A program made the translations under genes and the position numbers. The notes below the pieces were generated by a model. The model saw only the letters and a list, made by a program, of their open reading frames with translations. It did no database searches and was not told the origin of the DNA. From Trichosphaerium sp. ATCC 40318 (Eukaryota > Protista > Tubulinea): a stretch of DNA of 52,998 nucleotides. The stretch lies in the NCBI GenBank assembly GCA_038496445.1, contig JALMLS010000021.1, forward strand, positions 1 to 52,998, given 5' to 3'. Of the stretch, positions 1 to 12,965 are shown one piece after another (positions within the stretch are counted from its first letter, which is position 1; each line of letters begins with the position of its first letter).

Positions 1-3000
1 GTGTTTGGTAGTTTGGCACCAAATATAGCCTCAACTGGACCTCCCAAGTTTGTGAAATTGACCTGTACAAAAAGTTAATTACTTCAAATCAACAACACTC
101 CACAGAAAAACATCTCGTACAATGCGAATATAAGGACTAGCACTGCTATAGTTGGTATAACGCGTATTGAAAACCACTTAAGGTACGTCTTGAAATCATT
201 CTTAAACCGCGTGTTATTCTTCGCTGTATAACAGACATTAACAAAGAAAAAAGGAAGAAAGAATGATGTACCCGAAATAAGCTCGATAATCTTGGATTCT
301 GCACGTGACGATAGTAGTGGAATTGTTATCAAAGGTATTATTACAAAAATTAACCATAATATCTGTAGTCCAGATAGCGGTTGTGGTAATAGAATAACGT
401 TGCTTACAAGCAAGAAAAAATGGAGTGATAACAAAACTGATAAGAAAAAAAGCACAGCCTATAATTTACAGCGGTAAGACTTATCAACTTATTAACAAGA
501 ATTGACGTGCCTGTTTAGTATTACGTGATACACGCCTACCTTCCCATAACAGATTCAATAACCGTTCGAACTTTGGCTGTCCGAAAACAAGATCACAAGC
601 AAGGCAATTCAAGTCAACACCAAAATTGGATGTTGTACCTTGTGCTTTAAAATGCCTTGAAGAAATCTCGCCAGTCTTATAAAACAAAAAAGTTAGTAAA
701 TGGTTGGCACGTTTCTTTTTCGTTCTTTGACGTACAAAATATTGTGTTCTTGGTGTCATTCCAATAGCTAGATGCGCTTGACTGAAAGATGGTACATTTT
801 TGTGCGTAAGGGAGCTTCCAGCAACCATTACAACCTCTCCATTTTCACGCAAGATTTTTATCTACAACGTTTGAGTTTAGGATACTAATTTGGTACAATA
901 CGTACCATCTCCGAAGCCGATGATGCATCTACGTCACAAAATAACTTTACCAAGAGCGGTACATTATCAACATTTTTAATGTGATCACGAATAGACGAGA
1001 TACCAACTGGTAATTTTTCTGCAAACAAAATGGTCAGGGTCAGAGCCAACTACAATCCTTCATGTGGACGTACGTATTTCTGATTCTGTTTCTGGTTTCT
1101 TAGACTTTGGCGGATCTCTCAAAGTTACACAACAATTCCAGTCCTATTAAAACGAAGTTTAAAAAAAAAGGCAAAAAATTAAAGTTGATTCGTACTGTTT
1201 CTATTCCAAGTTTTTCACCAAAACTCTTGATAACGGATTCTGAGTTTGGAGAGAAATACATGAATCGTATACTTGCTGAATTTAGAGCGTGCTAGATGGT
1301 GTTAAAAGGTGAACAAAAAACTTAATTTTATTTACCAAGGCAGCTACAGCTGTTGCTTTTGGAAGTAACCGTAGGGCTGCCATACCTAAAATAATATTAA
1401 AAATAGCTCAGTATTAGATATAAGTACCAATGAAAATTTGTTTGTGTGTCAAGGACTCGAATTCTTCAGCAACAGAACCATCTAAATGAAGACTAGTATT
1501 TTAAAATGCAGTACAACTAAATACCTTGTTCTTCACTTTCATCCAAATCCTCTGTATCACTATCTTCTGTAGTCCCTTGATGAACTACTTTGGAATATTT
1601 CTTATCTATAGATTTAAAGCTTTGAATGAGTTAAAGAAAGGTCGTTTTGTAATCCGATGAAAAAAACAAAAGACGTGGATACGAGAATCCCAACAACTTG
1701 TAATCAGTAAGGTTCCAGTCGCTCACTACCTTTTTTAGAGTTTTCCTATCTGATTTACGAAGCTTTTTAATACTCTTGCCATCCCAAAACTCTAATCAAG
1801 TTATGACTAAGTGTGCTTGAATGTACTTACCAGAGCAAGACTTTAGAATATCAAGCGGAGGACCAACAGCCAACAATTGCATGTTGCCACTGTTCTTATC
1901 TTTAACAACTAAGCTTACACCATCATTGTGAGGTATCCATCTAGGTTAAACTGTAAGTAATTGACCATAGCAAGAAAAGCAATACCGTATTGGTACAAAG
2001 TTATATTTTATATCTGATTTAAATCCAATTACTGTTGCTAGATCATCTAAAGCTCCATGGTAATGCTTGACACCAAGGAGCGTTGTAAGTTCGCCATAAT
2101 ACCCTGTTAGAATGCAATTCAAGCCAAGAGGCTTAAGTGCTCTTAAAGTCGTTAGTCGAACAGAAAACGCCGTTATCAGTCAGCATACGGAATAAGAGCT
2201 TGCCATTCTTGCATTTTAAACGACAGTACACCATCATCAGCCTCTAAACTGAGTAGCTTCGGCGTTCGTTTTTCATCCATAACACAAATAGACTCAACAA
2301 AAGGTCTTGCCTAAAACTACTTTAGAAAAAAAATTGGGACAGTGTATCACGTGCCTTAGTGAGTATACCCTTCTTATCAATGAACACAATAGTTGTTACA
2401 TTACCTTTCGTACACGTAAGTATCTAAGAGAACATGACAAAGCTGTACCAAGTATATCAGCGATATATTGGGAGCATTGAAGTGAAGTCCCCGTTGCTAC
2501 TGAAAGGAAATAATACCAAATGCTAACTAGTTTAACATTAATTTTTCTCAAGATTTGTGCAACCCATTTATCTAAACGTACAGAATTTACCACCAAGATC
2601 ACCGGTTTGCATCTCTACAATATTACCAATGTCAGTAGATTCCATATTACTTGGTTTGAACTTCTTCAATTCCTAAACAATAGTTGAGAGTCAAGGTGCA
2701 CAAAGACGTTTTTACCTGCATATGGAAGAAAGATAGCAGCTTTGCTGTTTGTAAAGTACGAAGCATGAACAGAACAAATGGGAAAGAGAATGGTACTATG
2801 ACAGGAAGTATAAGGTATGCTTGGCGAAGTAACAACAAGTCTGGCCAAATTTCTCTCATTTTGGAGTCTGTAGCAACTCTACTCATTAATTTAGACAAAT
2901 AATTGACGTCCCGAACAAGTCGCACATGCATACCTTATAATCGAAGCAATAACTGCTATAACTGCTGAAACAATTGGTACCCAGAATAAAGACTTTTTTA

Positions 3001-4065
3001 AGAACGCAATGAGCCTTTGTATAGGTGTGACAACGTATCTTCCTCCGCCTATAAACTTCAGTTAAGAAAATGCTCAACAACTTATAACATTCTTTGTACT
3101 CACTTCTCAAAGCCTCTTTAACAATGGAGATAGCTATAGTTTCCCTACAGCGAAAAAGAAGACCACTATTAAGGTTTTTTACATTAGTTGAATCCACACC
3201 AAGCTTCTTAAGAGTTATTTTATCATTTGTATTATACTCCTTCCCTAAAACAAACATTAACCTTTTGACCTACGTTGTCCTACTCTTCCAACGTACCATT
3301 GTGAAGTGACTGCATTCGACCCGGAGATTTACATCCTTAACTACGTTGAGCAATATAGTAAGTCAATGTTCAAGGTACCTGGAGCAATAGCTACAATATC
3401 ACCTTCAACAATTTTTGATGCAAATTCAGGCTTCCATTGTCCACTTCTGAATACGTAATAATTACTGAGATAAGCAGTATCATCGTCTTTATCTTTTATA
3501 CCACGTGTATTAACAAAATTAACCACGTGAGCAAGGATCCTATCCCGTGTACAAAAAATCTAGGGCAAGATTGTAAAAAACAAAGATTTTCCTATTTTGC
3601 GTTTTATTGCCACTTTATGGGCTGCCTAAAATCTAAGTAGAATTCTATACGCGTACGTCTGTGCGTTTTTGGTGCAAATAGAGCAATAATAGTAATACAC
3701 CAGCAATTGTAAGCAAAACTGCTTCTGAGATAACGTGCGCTTTGGCTAGTGTTAGGTTTACGTGCGTTAAAAGCGCTGAGCGTACCTTGATGGAAATCTA
3801 CAAATCCTGCTGCCAATATAACAAGTAATAACGCTGCAAAGTACCCTAACGCGTTGACAACCCATCTCAGTATTATCAAAAAGTAATAAATCTTTGGTCC
3901 ACATATTTGTAATGTAGCGCGTATATCACGGACCAGAGACCTACAGTACCACTAAGAGAGTAATCATAAAGAAAATAATCACTTTTTGGCTTTTTTATCC
4001 GATAATCCTTTTTCCGGTGGCTGTGCCAGTGGGATGGGAAATTCTCCACCTGTTTCACTCTCCAT
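1..4065 (-). CDS. TMEM94: TMEM94-like (P-type ATPase-related ER membrane protein), multi-exon, 3' end runs off the window
   Basis: Spliced translation gives N-term MESETGGEF...GLSDKKAK, a P-domain variant TTIVFIDKKGILT, KLPVGISSIRDHIKNVDNVPLLVKLF, ENGEVVMVAGSS, LNCLACDL, EGRR..N..Q and LSGLQILWL. These match TMEM94/KIAA0195 motifs from memory. Short GT/GC-AG introns throughout. Confidence 0.85.
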
Positions 4066-4150
4066 ATGGCCAAAAAAATGGTGAACGGCGATTTTGACAC
4101 TCAAATATTGAGTTTTTACAAAATAGTTTTAAACATTTCACTAATCGAGA
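4066..4150. promoter_or_regulatory. Probable compact bidirectional promoter between TMEM94-like and cobT
   Basis: Divergent start codons at 4065 (-) and 4151 (+) are only 85 bp apart. Confidence 0.5.
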
Positions 4151-5442
4151 ATGGCCGCCACAAATCAAACTTGGGAAGAGAAAGCACAAAACGAGCTAAA
4201 TATCAAAACAAAGCCAGTAGGTTCTTTAGGACAACTAGAAACATGGAGCAAGCAGTTATGCGCACTACAGCGTACGCTGAAGCCTTCGTACGTGTCGTAC
4301 TGTAACATTTGACACTAAGTCATGTAAGCGTGCAAGGCACTATGCTACTGTTTTGTGGGGACCACGGTGTTGCTGAAGAGAACGTAAGCAAGTTTCCAAA
4401 AGCTGTCACAAGAGAAATGATAAAGAACATCTCTAAAGAAGGCGCTGCAGTAAAGTACGCTATCACTAAACGCATAATCTTCACTTCATACAGCGATTCT
4501 CGACCGTTGCCACGGAAAAACTAACTTCCATCATGTGCTTATGGTTTGTAGCGTACTGTGCAAAGCAGCTGGTATCACATTGAAGACAATAGACGTTGGT
4601 GTTGATGCAGGAGACCTCCCAACGCTCCCTAGTATTGAAACTAAAAAGATAATGAACACAGGGACAAACAACTTTGTAAAAGAACCTGCCATGAACACTG
4701 AACAGTTCGACTACGCCTTGAATGTTGGAAAAGAAGCTGTTGAAGCAGCAATCAAAAGCGGATCTAATGTGATCTGCCTTGGAGAACTAGGCATTGCTAA
4801 CACCACAAGTGCCTCAGCCCTCGTCCGTTTAATGTGTCCTGATGATATATCAAGCAAAGACATCGTAGGACGAGGTACTGGAGTTGATGATGCTGGTGTA
4901 GCTAGAAAAGCTGCCGTAGTTGAGAAAGCCTTCCAAAAATATAAAGACTTGCCTAAAGTCCAAGAAAAAATCGCAGCTGTAGCTGGTGTACGTCATTGAC
5001 TTTACGGCACGTGATGTAACTTTTTTTTTAGTGCGAGATGGTTGCTATGATAGGTGCTTCGTTAGCTTGTATGGAGAAATCCATTGCCATCCTTGTTGAT
5101 GGTTTTATTACAATGTCATCAGTTTACGCTGCCTTGTCTATTGCCAAGGAGAGGAAAGATGATTTGAATTCGAACTGCTTCTTTTTCTCACATCAATCCG
5201 CTGAACAGGGTACAGTGCTTCTTGTGTCAAAGATAAAGGCGCTTTTAGGCCACTGTAAGCCAGCTTTGTCGCTTGGATTCCGTCTAGGTAAAACGATGTT
5301 TTTTGTTTACATTTTTGACTCATAACTTCTTGCAGGTGAAGGTTCTGGTGCTGCTACATGCTTTCCTTTATTGAGAGCTGCTGCTGCTATTATGGAAATG
5401 GCAACGTTTGGTCAAGCAAATGTGTCCGGTCCAAATGAATAG
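4151..5442 (+). CDS. cobT: Nicotinate-nucleotide:dimethylbenzimidazole phosphoribosyltransferase (CobT), 5 exons
   Basis: Motifs TKPVGSLGQLE, FCGDHGV, AAVNVL, DVGV, GTNNF, GELGIANTTSASA, GRGTG, DGFI, SHQSAEQG and RLGEGSGA, plus C-terminal MATF. GT-AG introns at 4288-4328, 4455-4551, 4988-5031 and 5288-5335 restore the frame. Confidence 0.93.
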
Positions 5443-5669
5443 ATTTTAATAATAAATTCTTCATTTACGCTGCCGGGCAAGGCTGCGCTTTTTTAAACTA
5501 ATCTGACTCGTTTTCTACCTTTTGAAAACAAAAATACCGTTTCTAGAACATTGTAACAGTTTGTTGTTTTTGATACTCAAATCTGTTCGCTATTTATGGT
5601 CAAGTGCAGTGTCAAGTTGAAACCATGTCATCTATACCTTAGTAGCTTTTATTCGTATTTTCTTCAATC

Positions 5670-8600
5670 ATGAGTTATTTGAGCGACTCGCAGGTACATT
5701 CTAATAAAAAAACTAGTGTTTGGTAAAACTAAACAATGGAAAGGGTAGTTTGACCGATCTCCTAACTCTTTCTGGCCAATGTACGTTATGATACGATTGT
5801 TTTTTATAATTTGTTCAAACCCACGGAAACTGAAATTGAACGAAGCGAGCGACAGCGATGTGATGTCTCCAAGCAGGAGAACTCATAAAAAGCGATCTTG
5901 GTCAGCTAGCAGAAAGGATAGTGTAGGAGGTACGACTCATTAACGTGTAGCATGATACAACCTGTATCTGCGTAGTGTACCGCACCAAAAAAGTCTATGC
6001 GCCTTTTTATGACTACAACGTTCAAAACGTATCGCGCCTGCGCTATTTTCATAAAAATCTTGTTCAGTACACCATACATAGTGTTAATAAATTTTAAGGT
6101 GTACCTCTTTCATACAGCTCAATATCTCCTGGATCGTCACCACTAGCATCACCAACGTACGTACACAGCGTTTGAATTTAGCTCGCTGTAAAACCGCTCC
6201 GCATAGCGTCAACAGATAATCTCCGTTTTACCAGCGTGAAAAACAGCGAAACAATCTCACAACGCTTAAAAAGAGCAAAAAAAAATACTGCACGAGTTTA
6301 TGAAAATCAAAAAGCCTAATTCCCTTGTCTGACAGTGTTTTAATTACATTTTTAGACTATATGGTCCTCGTCTAGGAGATCCAGTACGAGGTGGCCATGT
6401 CACAGCTACAGCTGACATGATCAGCGATGAAATAAAAAAGATTGTCCATAGAGGCCGTACAAAGTCTTTAGGAAGGCGTAGACGAAATTCTGAGCGAGAT
6501 GGCACACGTATGCAGCAAAGAAGTTGCTTTTTTTATGATTTTTTTATGAATAATTCGTTTTGCACTGTACTCACGTCACATGTAGTGAATATGCTTGAGT
6601 TTAGCGCAAATAGCCAAAGAGGTTATAATAGAGTACATTCTAAGCAGCGATCATATAGTTTATTCGCTCTGACGTCTGTAAACCTTGTAATGTCTTCTGA
6701 AGGTGATTGGTTGGGTACGTTTTATCTTTGTTAATTTATACTAATTTACTACAGCTCCTGAGGCTGTAAAACAGCTCGCTACAGATAATCTAGATGATTT
6801 ACACACCATGGCGTGTAATTTAATCAAGCGATTTAGTGATGGCATGTGTCATGCGCTTGAAGCTTCTAGAGGCCTTACAATGGTATATGTAAGGCAAATC
6901 CGCCTTATACTCACCACTGTAATTGCTGAACTACCACCAGCACCTTGTAAATACTGCTTCTTGCTCGCTGGTGATATTAGGTATGAGATTCTTTTTTAAT
7001 CATGATTTATTTTCCTATTTATGGATTTCTCTTGTTTTAGCTTGTTTGTTTGGTATTTATTAATTCTATTTCTAGTTACGGTCATACAGGACCATATTCA
7101 AAAGCTTTATTAATCATATTGATTGAAAATGATACCCCAGCGATAAGAAAGTATTTTCAAAAATTAATGAAGAATATCAAGTCTTTCAATGTTGATCGAT
7201 TTGTATATTGTTGTCTTGATAGTAAACAAGTAAGAAAAAGACATATTAAAACTGCAGCACAAATGGCAGAGTACTTGGATGAGTTAGCAAGCGAAACAGA
7301 TAAAGGTACAAACTTTTATTTCACTATTTCTTCGTTTCTTCATTTTCAGACTTCCTTTGCGTTTACTTAGTTTCTCAACAACTTTTACTTACTTTTTTAT
7401 CTCTAGGAGATATCCAGCTATATATACGATGCAGAGATGCCGTGTTTCTTATGGGTCATCGGCCTATTTTCATCGATTTTCAAGCATACTTTTATGATCG
7501 TCTTAATCAACGTGATCCAATATCTAATTTTACACAACGAGAAGAAAGAAGTAGACGTCTTATGACAAAGAGATTTGGTTTGCCTTTAGCAAACTTAAAG
7601 TCAAGTAATGCAATACATGTATTCGGTCATTTACAACTACCTTTGGCGTTAATGTTAAGACAACTTGGAATCTTTCATGAATTTCCAGAACGTGATATTC
7701 TTGAACTCTGTTCTATCCTTTTTGATGGTGTTCAAAAGATTGAAGAGAGCGTCAGAGTTGCTATGGTACGTAATAAAATACCACCATGATAGATTTATTT
7801 CTTGATTTTATGTTGATATCAAAAACTCTAAAACTTCTTCTAGGACAAAGCTATGGAGCTCCGATTTAGGTCTCACTTGTATTATAAGACAAATAATAAT
7901 ATTGTCAGATTAAAACGTGATGATGTCAAAGATGTAGCAGGACAAGAGAATTACATGCAACTAAGCACAAATGACTCTAAAGAAGTAATTAATATTATTG
8001 TAAATGTGCTTCAACCATTTTATGATGCAACACCAAAGTTCTGTGCATTACCACTTTATGATGCTGCATTGGAGTATACAATGTTAGTAGTCAAACGATC
8101 AGCTGATAAGACTCTACGAGAGTTAAAGAGAGACTTTAGACGAACTGTAAAGAGGTACGCACTAACTTCTAAGTTTTTCAAAATTTTGTGAAACATGATA
8201 TTAACAAAACAACCTTTAGGCTTATTGGTACTGATGGAAGCCAACCTAAGTTAACAGGTGGTGAAGCTGGACAATTTTCAATTACTAAAGATCTTGCTGA
8301 AAAGTGGAAAGATCCATCTAACCTTACTATTGATGGTAATGGTATTATAATAAAACGGCAACCACATCTTGCAGGTACGTTCTTATTTTATTTTATCCAA
8401 GTTCGTCATTGTTTGCTACGAACTTTTCGTACAGTTTTATCAATAGTGGCATAGCCTCATTTGTTTCTAGGCTACCAGCATGCTGCTTCTCTTCTCTACT
8501 GGCTCATCTTGGGCTATGGAGCACCTTACAATGAACTATGTAAACTTGAAGGCAAAGGAGGTCAACATGTGCCTGTATTGCTTACTAGGAGGATTCTTGG

Positions 8601-11600
8601 TATACCAGTACCTTATGCTGATACTAGAAATCGTAAGCTCGATCATGCTGATCTCACAAACTTTATGATAATGAGTATGCTTCTTAATATGACGAGTTGT
8701 GCTCCTACAAACTTTATTTTGGAAAGATCTCCTACGGTACACTTTTATATGTAATACCAAATCTTAACAGTGTTCTAGAACCCTTCACAATATCGTTTGT
8801 GTAATGTTGATGCTGAATATGGATTCTTATCAGAAAGTGTTACTCTTACAGACACTGGAGAAGAAGTACGTCTTCTACAGTTTTCTTTTAAAATTGTGGG
8901 TTTTTTTAACTTTTTGTAGGTGAAGGAACTCAAGATTCTGAATATTCTTTATTGTATGCCACAGATGACTGCTGTCATTCCTATGGGTATATTACTGGAT
9001 TTTAGTATCATTCAACCTCGTGCTGATGTTTTTTTTCAATATTAGAAACCAGAGCAATTTTTATGCAGATTGATCCTAAAGACATTGTCCATTCATGGGC
9101 TACGTATTTGGTAGAACAAGAGGAGCGATACCGTACATTATTCACAAACAAAGAGATGGAAAAATGGTGTAAAGAAGGTACAGATATTACAAATTGTTGG
9201 TGTATTTCTGAGTGCTCTTGTAGGAAGTGTCTTGCCAATGATGTTCCAGCCTGACTGTCTACCTTTAATATACGACCGTCTTCGTCGTATAACGAAAGCG
9301 TACGCATCAGTGCGACTGTACAGGTTGTATTCATGATGTATTAGGTTCGAGAGTGATCCAAGAGGTTATAGTTTAACGCCAATCAAACTTCTTTGCCTTC
9401 TTGAGTCAGCAATGGGTAAATAGTTTCGCGTTGGATTTCTTTTAATGTTAATTGTATTCTTTAGGTTCTATCTATGAAGCACAACTAGAATTTAAACAGC
9501 AGACTCCACAAGACCGTTATAAGACTATTGCGCGACAGTATATGAGAAAATCAAGTCGAACAAATCCTTTCAAGTTTATTCCAAAGAGCATTAAAGCAGG
9601 TACGCAGTTTTTTTTTCTTTACTTTTTAAACAGTAGCTTGTTTGTGACACCTTTAGCCGATATGTCAAAGCATGGTCTTGCAACGCCATCTATAATGTTG
9701 ATGCAAGCAAAAGAGATTGCACAGCATGGTGATATGGTTAGAAATGCTTGCAATGAGATGATGAAAGGACAAACCACTTTGTTCTCTGAATTTAAAGTAC
9801 GCTTTTTATTTTCGTCACTTAAGTGACTGTTGTATTGTTCTTCTTTCCTAAACTATTTGTGTAGTCAGTTACTCTCAGAGAAGAGGCATTAGAATGGTGT
9901 ACATTTGGACCAAAGAAGTATAATGATGGTGAAGAGCGTGTCATTAAACTTCTAAAGAACGGAAAACGTATAAGTCTTCATCGACTCTCTCTTGAGAATT
10001 ATAAACTTCTAAGCAACGAGAAGCTTCTAGCTATTATCCGTAATAGTCCACAGTTAACAGAACTTAATGTACGGACACTTTCAAACAAGTCAAAAGCAGT
10101 TTGATGCCAAAACAGTCTGAAACTAAATATTTCCAAATAGGTTTCTGGATGTCCTGTTGATGAAAAGACAGTTCACCAAATTTCGAAGACATGCAACTTT
10201 CTTCAACGATTAGTTATAAAAGACACTGCAGTTACTGTCTGGGATCAATACTTTCCAAACTTGCGGTCATTGGCTATTCATAATTGTCAAATATTGAAAT
10301 TGCATTGTCCAAAGTTAGAGAGATTAGAACTATGTGGTAATATTAATGCACAAGATACTGAGAAGCTTGACTGTCCGAAACTACTAAGTATTGATTTTAC
10401 TGCTTGTGATCACTTCCCATTTTTGGGTATTCTACGTCTAGGAGGTTATAAAGAAGGTAAAGTTAACTTTTTTTGAGTTAGATTTTTTTTGTTCAAGTCT
10501 TTCTTTTTGCGCTTTTTTGTCCGCTTCAGAGAAGTTTCCTTAGATCCCTGAACACGAATTTCTAATACTGGTATTGTTGCAAGCATGTACTCATATTTTT
10601 GTTAGGTTTCAGAGCTAGTGGGTTACCAGGAGAAACAAAAACAATGCTTCTTGAGCATTTTAAAACTCATGATATTCTCAATGGAATGAATTGTACAGAG
10701 TTTTATGCAAAGTTCATTGATAAGCTACCTCTCGGTCGTGCTAATATCACAGATAAAAACCTATTGTCCACCCTTAACAGACTCGAAAACGTGAACCATG
10801 TAGATCTTCGCGGGTGCCCACTAATCACTGAATACGGTATTCAAGAGTTGAAGAAAAAATCGACTATCAAGACAATACAGCAATGGGGAGTTTTGGCTAA
10901 TTATGAAGGATGTGATGGACGTGTACCTGGTATTATTGTCGTTAGACATATAGGTAAGTTCGGGTGTAACAAAACGCACCAGAGAAGAAAAATTGCTTCG
11001 TTCTTATTTTTTCCTTTTTTTGTAGGTATCAATCTAGCTGCAACTGGAAGTACTCATAACTCTGTTGCTATATGGGATTTAAAAGAGATGAAGCTATTGC
11101 TATCTTGGAAAGCTCATAGTGGCCATGTTAGAGATATATGCGGTAAGCTTTATGTGTAAGTCCTTTTTTGCTAAACTCTTCTACAGGACTTCCTGATGGA
11201 AGGTTTGCCACTTGCTCTGATGATAAAACTATAAAATTATGGCATTACAATCGTGCTAAGAACACAAAAGAGCATTTATGCACTTTTGAAGGTACTACTT
11301 CTTCGGACAAACAGTTTTATGTTTTTCTGGATTGTATGTTGCTTCTTTATGTGACTTTTATTCTAGGTCATACTGGAAAGGTTGTGCGTATGTGTTTTAG
11401 ACATAACGGACAGATTATATCAGCTTCACATGATAATACCATTCGGATATGGGATATCTTTACAGGAGCTTGTATAAGTACTCTGACAGGTCATTCTACA
11501 TCTGTTCACTGTGTTGTTCTTGTATACACTGATATGTTGGCATCATGTGCTAGCAGGTACGGAAAGAGAAGGAAATTAAGACCTTGAGTTTGACAAATGC

Positions 11601-12285
11601 GTGACTTTGAGTTGATTTTTCTTTTTTTCAGATATTCGAGTGATACTATCGGTGAGGTCAAGATTTGGGACTTAAATTCGAAAACTTGTAAGCATACGAT
11701 TAAAGCGCCTGGTATAATGGACTTGCGTCGGTTCCCAGGTGGAAAAGTTGGTGGTATGTTTTCAAAACTAGTTCAAATGTCAAATCGATCTTTCACTTGC
11801 TTTGGTTTTGTTTTGCTTTAGTTTGACTGTATTGATCTCGGTTTAGGTTGTAGTTGGCCTGGTGGTGAACAAGGTATGGTCACTATTTGGAGCGTAAGAG
11901 ATCCTAAGAGAGGCTGTACTGCAACAGCTGTTCAGGTAAAGCCTTGTCGTCTATTTTACAAAAAAGCTATTTTATTGTCTTCGTCATGCTGATTGTATTT
12001 TTTTCTAGCCTAATCCAGCCTTTATTTTACTCCTTCCTAATGGCAACTTGGCCTGTGGATCTTATGGTTTCATTAAGCTTTGGTACGTCAATATATGATC
12101 TCGAAGGAAGAGTATCTTAATCATTTTTTGTTAGGGACTTAAAGGAAGAAGAGTGCCAATCTACTTTGATGGGATCTTTCGTTGGCGCTGAATTATTAGA
12201 TGAAGGCCGTTTATTAACAGCCAGTAAGAACACTGTTATTGTGTTTAATTTTCTAGAGGATCGTCTTGAACGTAAATCAACATAG
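5670..12285 (+). CDS. Large multi-exon protein: DUF294-like nucleotidyltransferase fold, PI3K/PI4K-like (pseudo)kinase region, LRRs and C-terminal WD40 repeats (start approximate)
   Basis: PPAPCKYCFLLAGDI-SYGHTGPYSKALLIILIEND resembles the DUF294 family. IKRQPHLAGYQHAASLL...MLLNMTSCAPTNFIL...YRLCNVDAEYGF is kinase-like. LRRs: CPKLERLELCG, VDLRGCPLIT. WD40: AHSGHVRDI, TCSDDKTIKLW, SASHDNTIRIWD. Stop TAG at 12283-12285. Confidence 0.7.
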
Positions 12286-12757
12286 AAAGAAAAAAACAAG
12301 AAACGAAAAAAAAAAAGAAGCAACATTATCTTCATTCGCCCCTTGCTTTCAAAAAAGGAAATGAAGTTTTTGTTGCCGTTATTTTAACGCTAAAAGGAAG
12401 AAAAGAAGCGGTTGTACTATACTAAAACGAAGAAGAAAAAACAAACTAAAAAGCAATAAAACTAGTCCTAAACAGACGTGTTGTGTTATATTGCCAAATG
12501 ATTCATCTATAAACGTGACAATTATTTAATATAATGTTCTGTTTATATTCACAGGCAAGTAACAGCATAGCGTCGACATATTTTTGAGGAACGTAAAAGT
12601 GTACAAAAACTAGTAATGGCAAAATACTAATTATTTCTCACACTGTAGCTATTTTTCTAAGATCCTTTCAACTATGTCACATATGGATCTTTTTTTCTGC
12701 AAGTACACCGTTCTCGCCAGATAACCAATCACTAGCAAGAAGTATCCTTTTCATCAC

Positions 12758-12901
12758 TGAGATATGTACCTGTATCATCTATCACAATACCTGCACGTAT
12801 AAAACCTGTTTCTATCTTCATCAGCTGGCGTCAATATTGCCATTAATTGACATTGATACAACTTCATTGTGTCCATATTGTGCTAGTAGAGTGAGATGTA
12901 C
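12758..12901 (-). pseudogene. Isolated degenerate copy of one ankyrin exon plus flanking intron sequence from the 23.6-27.4 kb array
   Basis: Reverse strand reads catctcactctactagcacaatatggacacaatgaagttgtatcaat...aatattgacgccagctgatgaagatagaaacaggttttatacgtgcag|gtattgtgatagatgatacaggtacatatctca. This is clearly homologous to the array unit, with indels. Confidence 0.85.
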
Positions 12902-12965
12902 TGTGAGAATGCTAAAGATAATTCGATTGCCCTCAGTAAAAATGACTTCAACTTTGTTAATTTTA

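Noticed and set aside
4151-5442. Bacterial contamination or chimeric assembly for cobT
   Set aside because: It has four host-style spliceosomal introns and is tightly linked to eukaryotic TMEM94.
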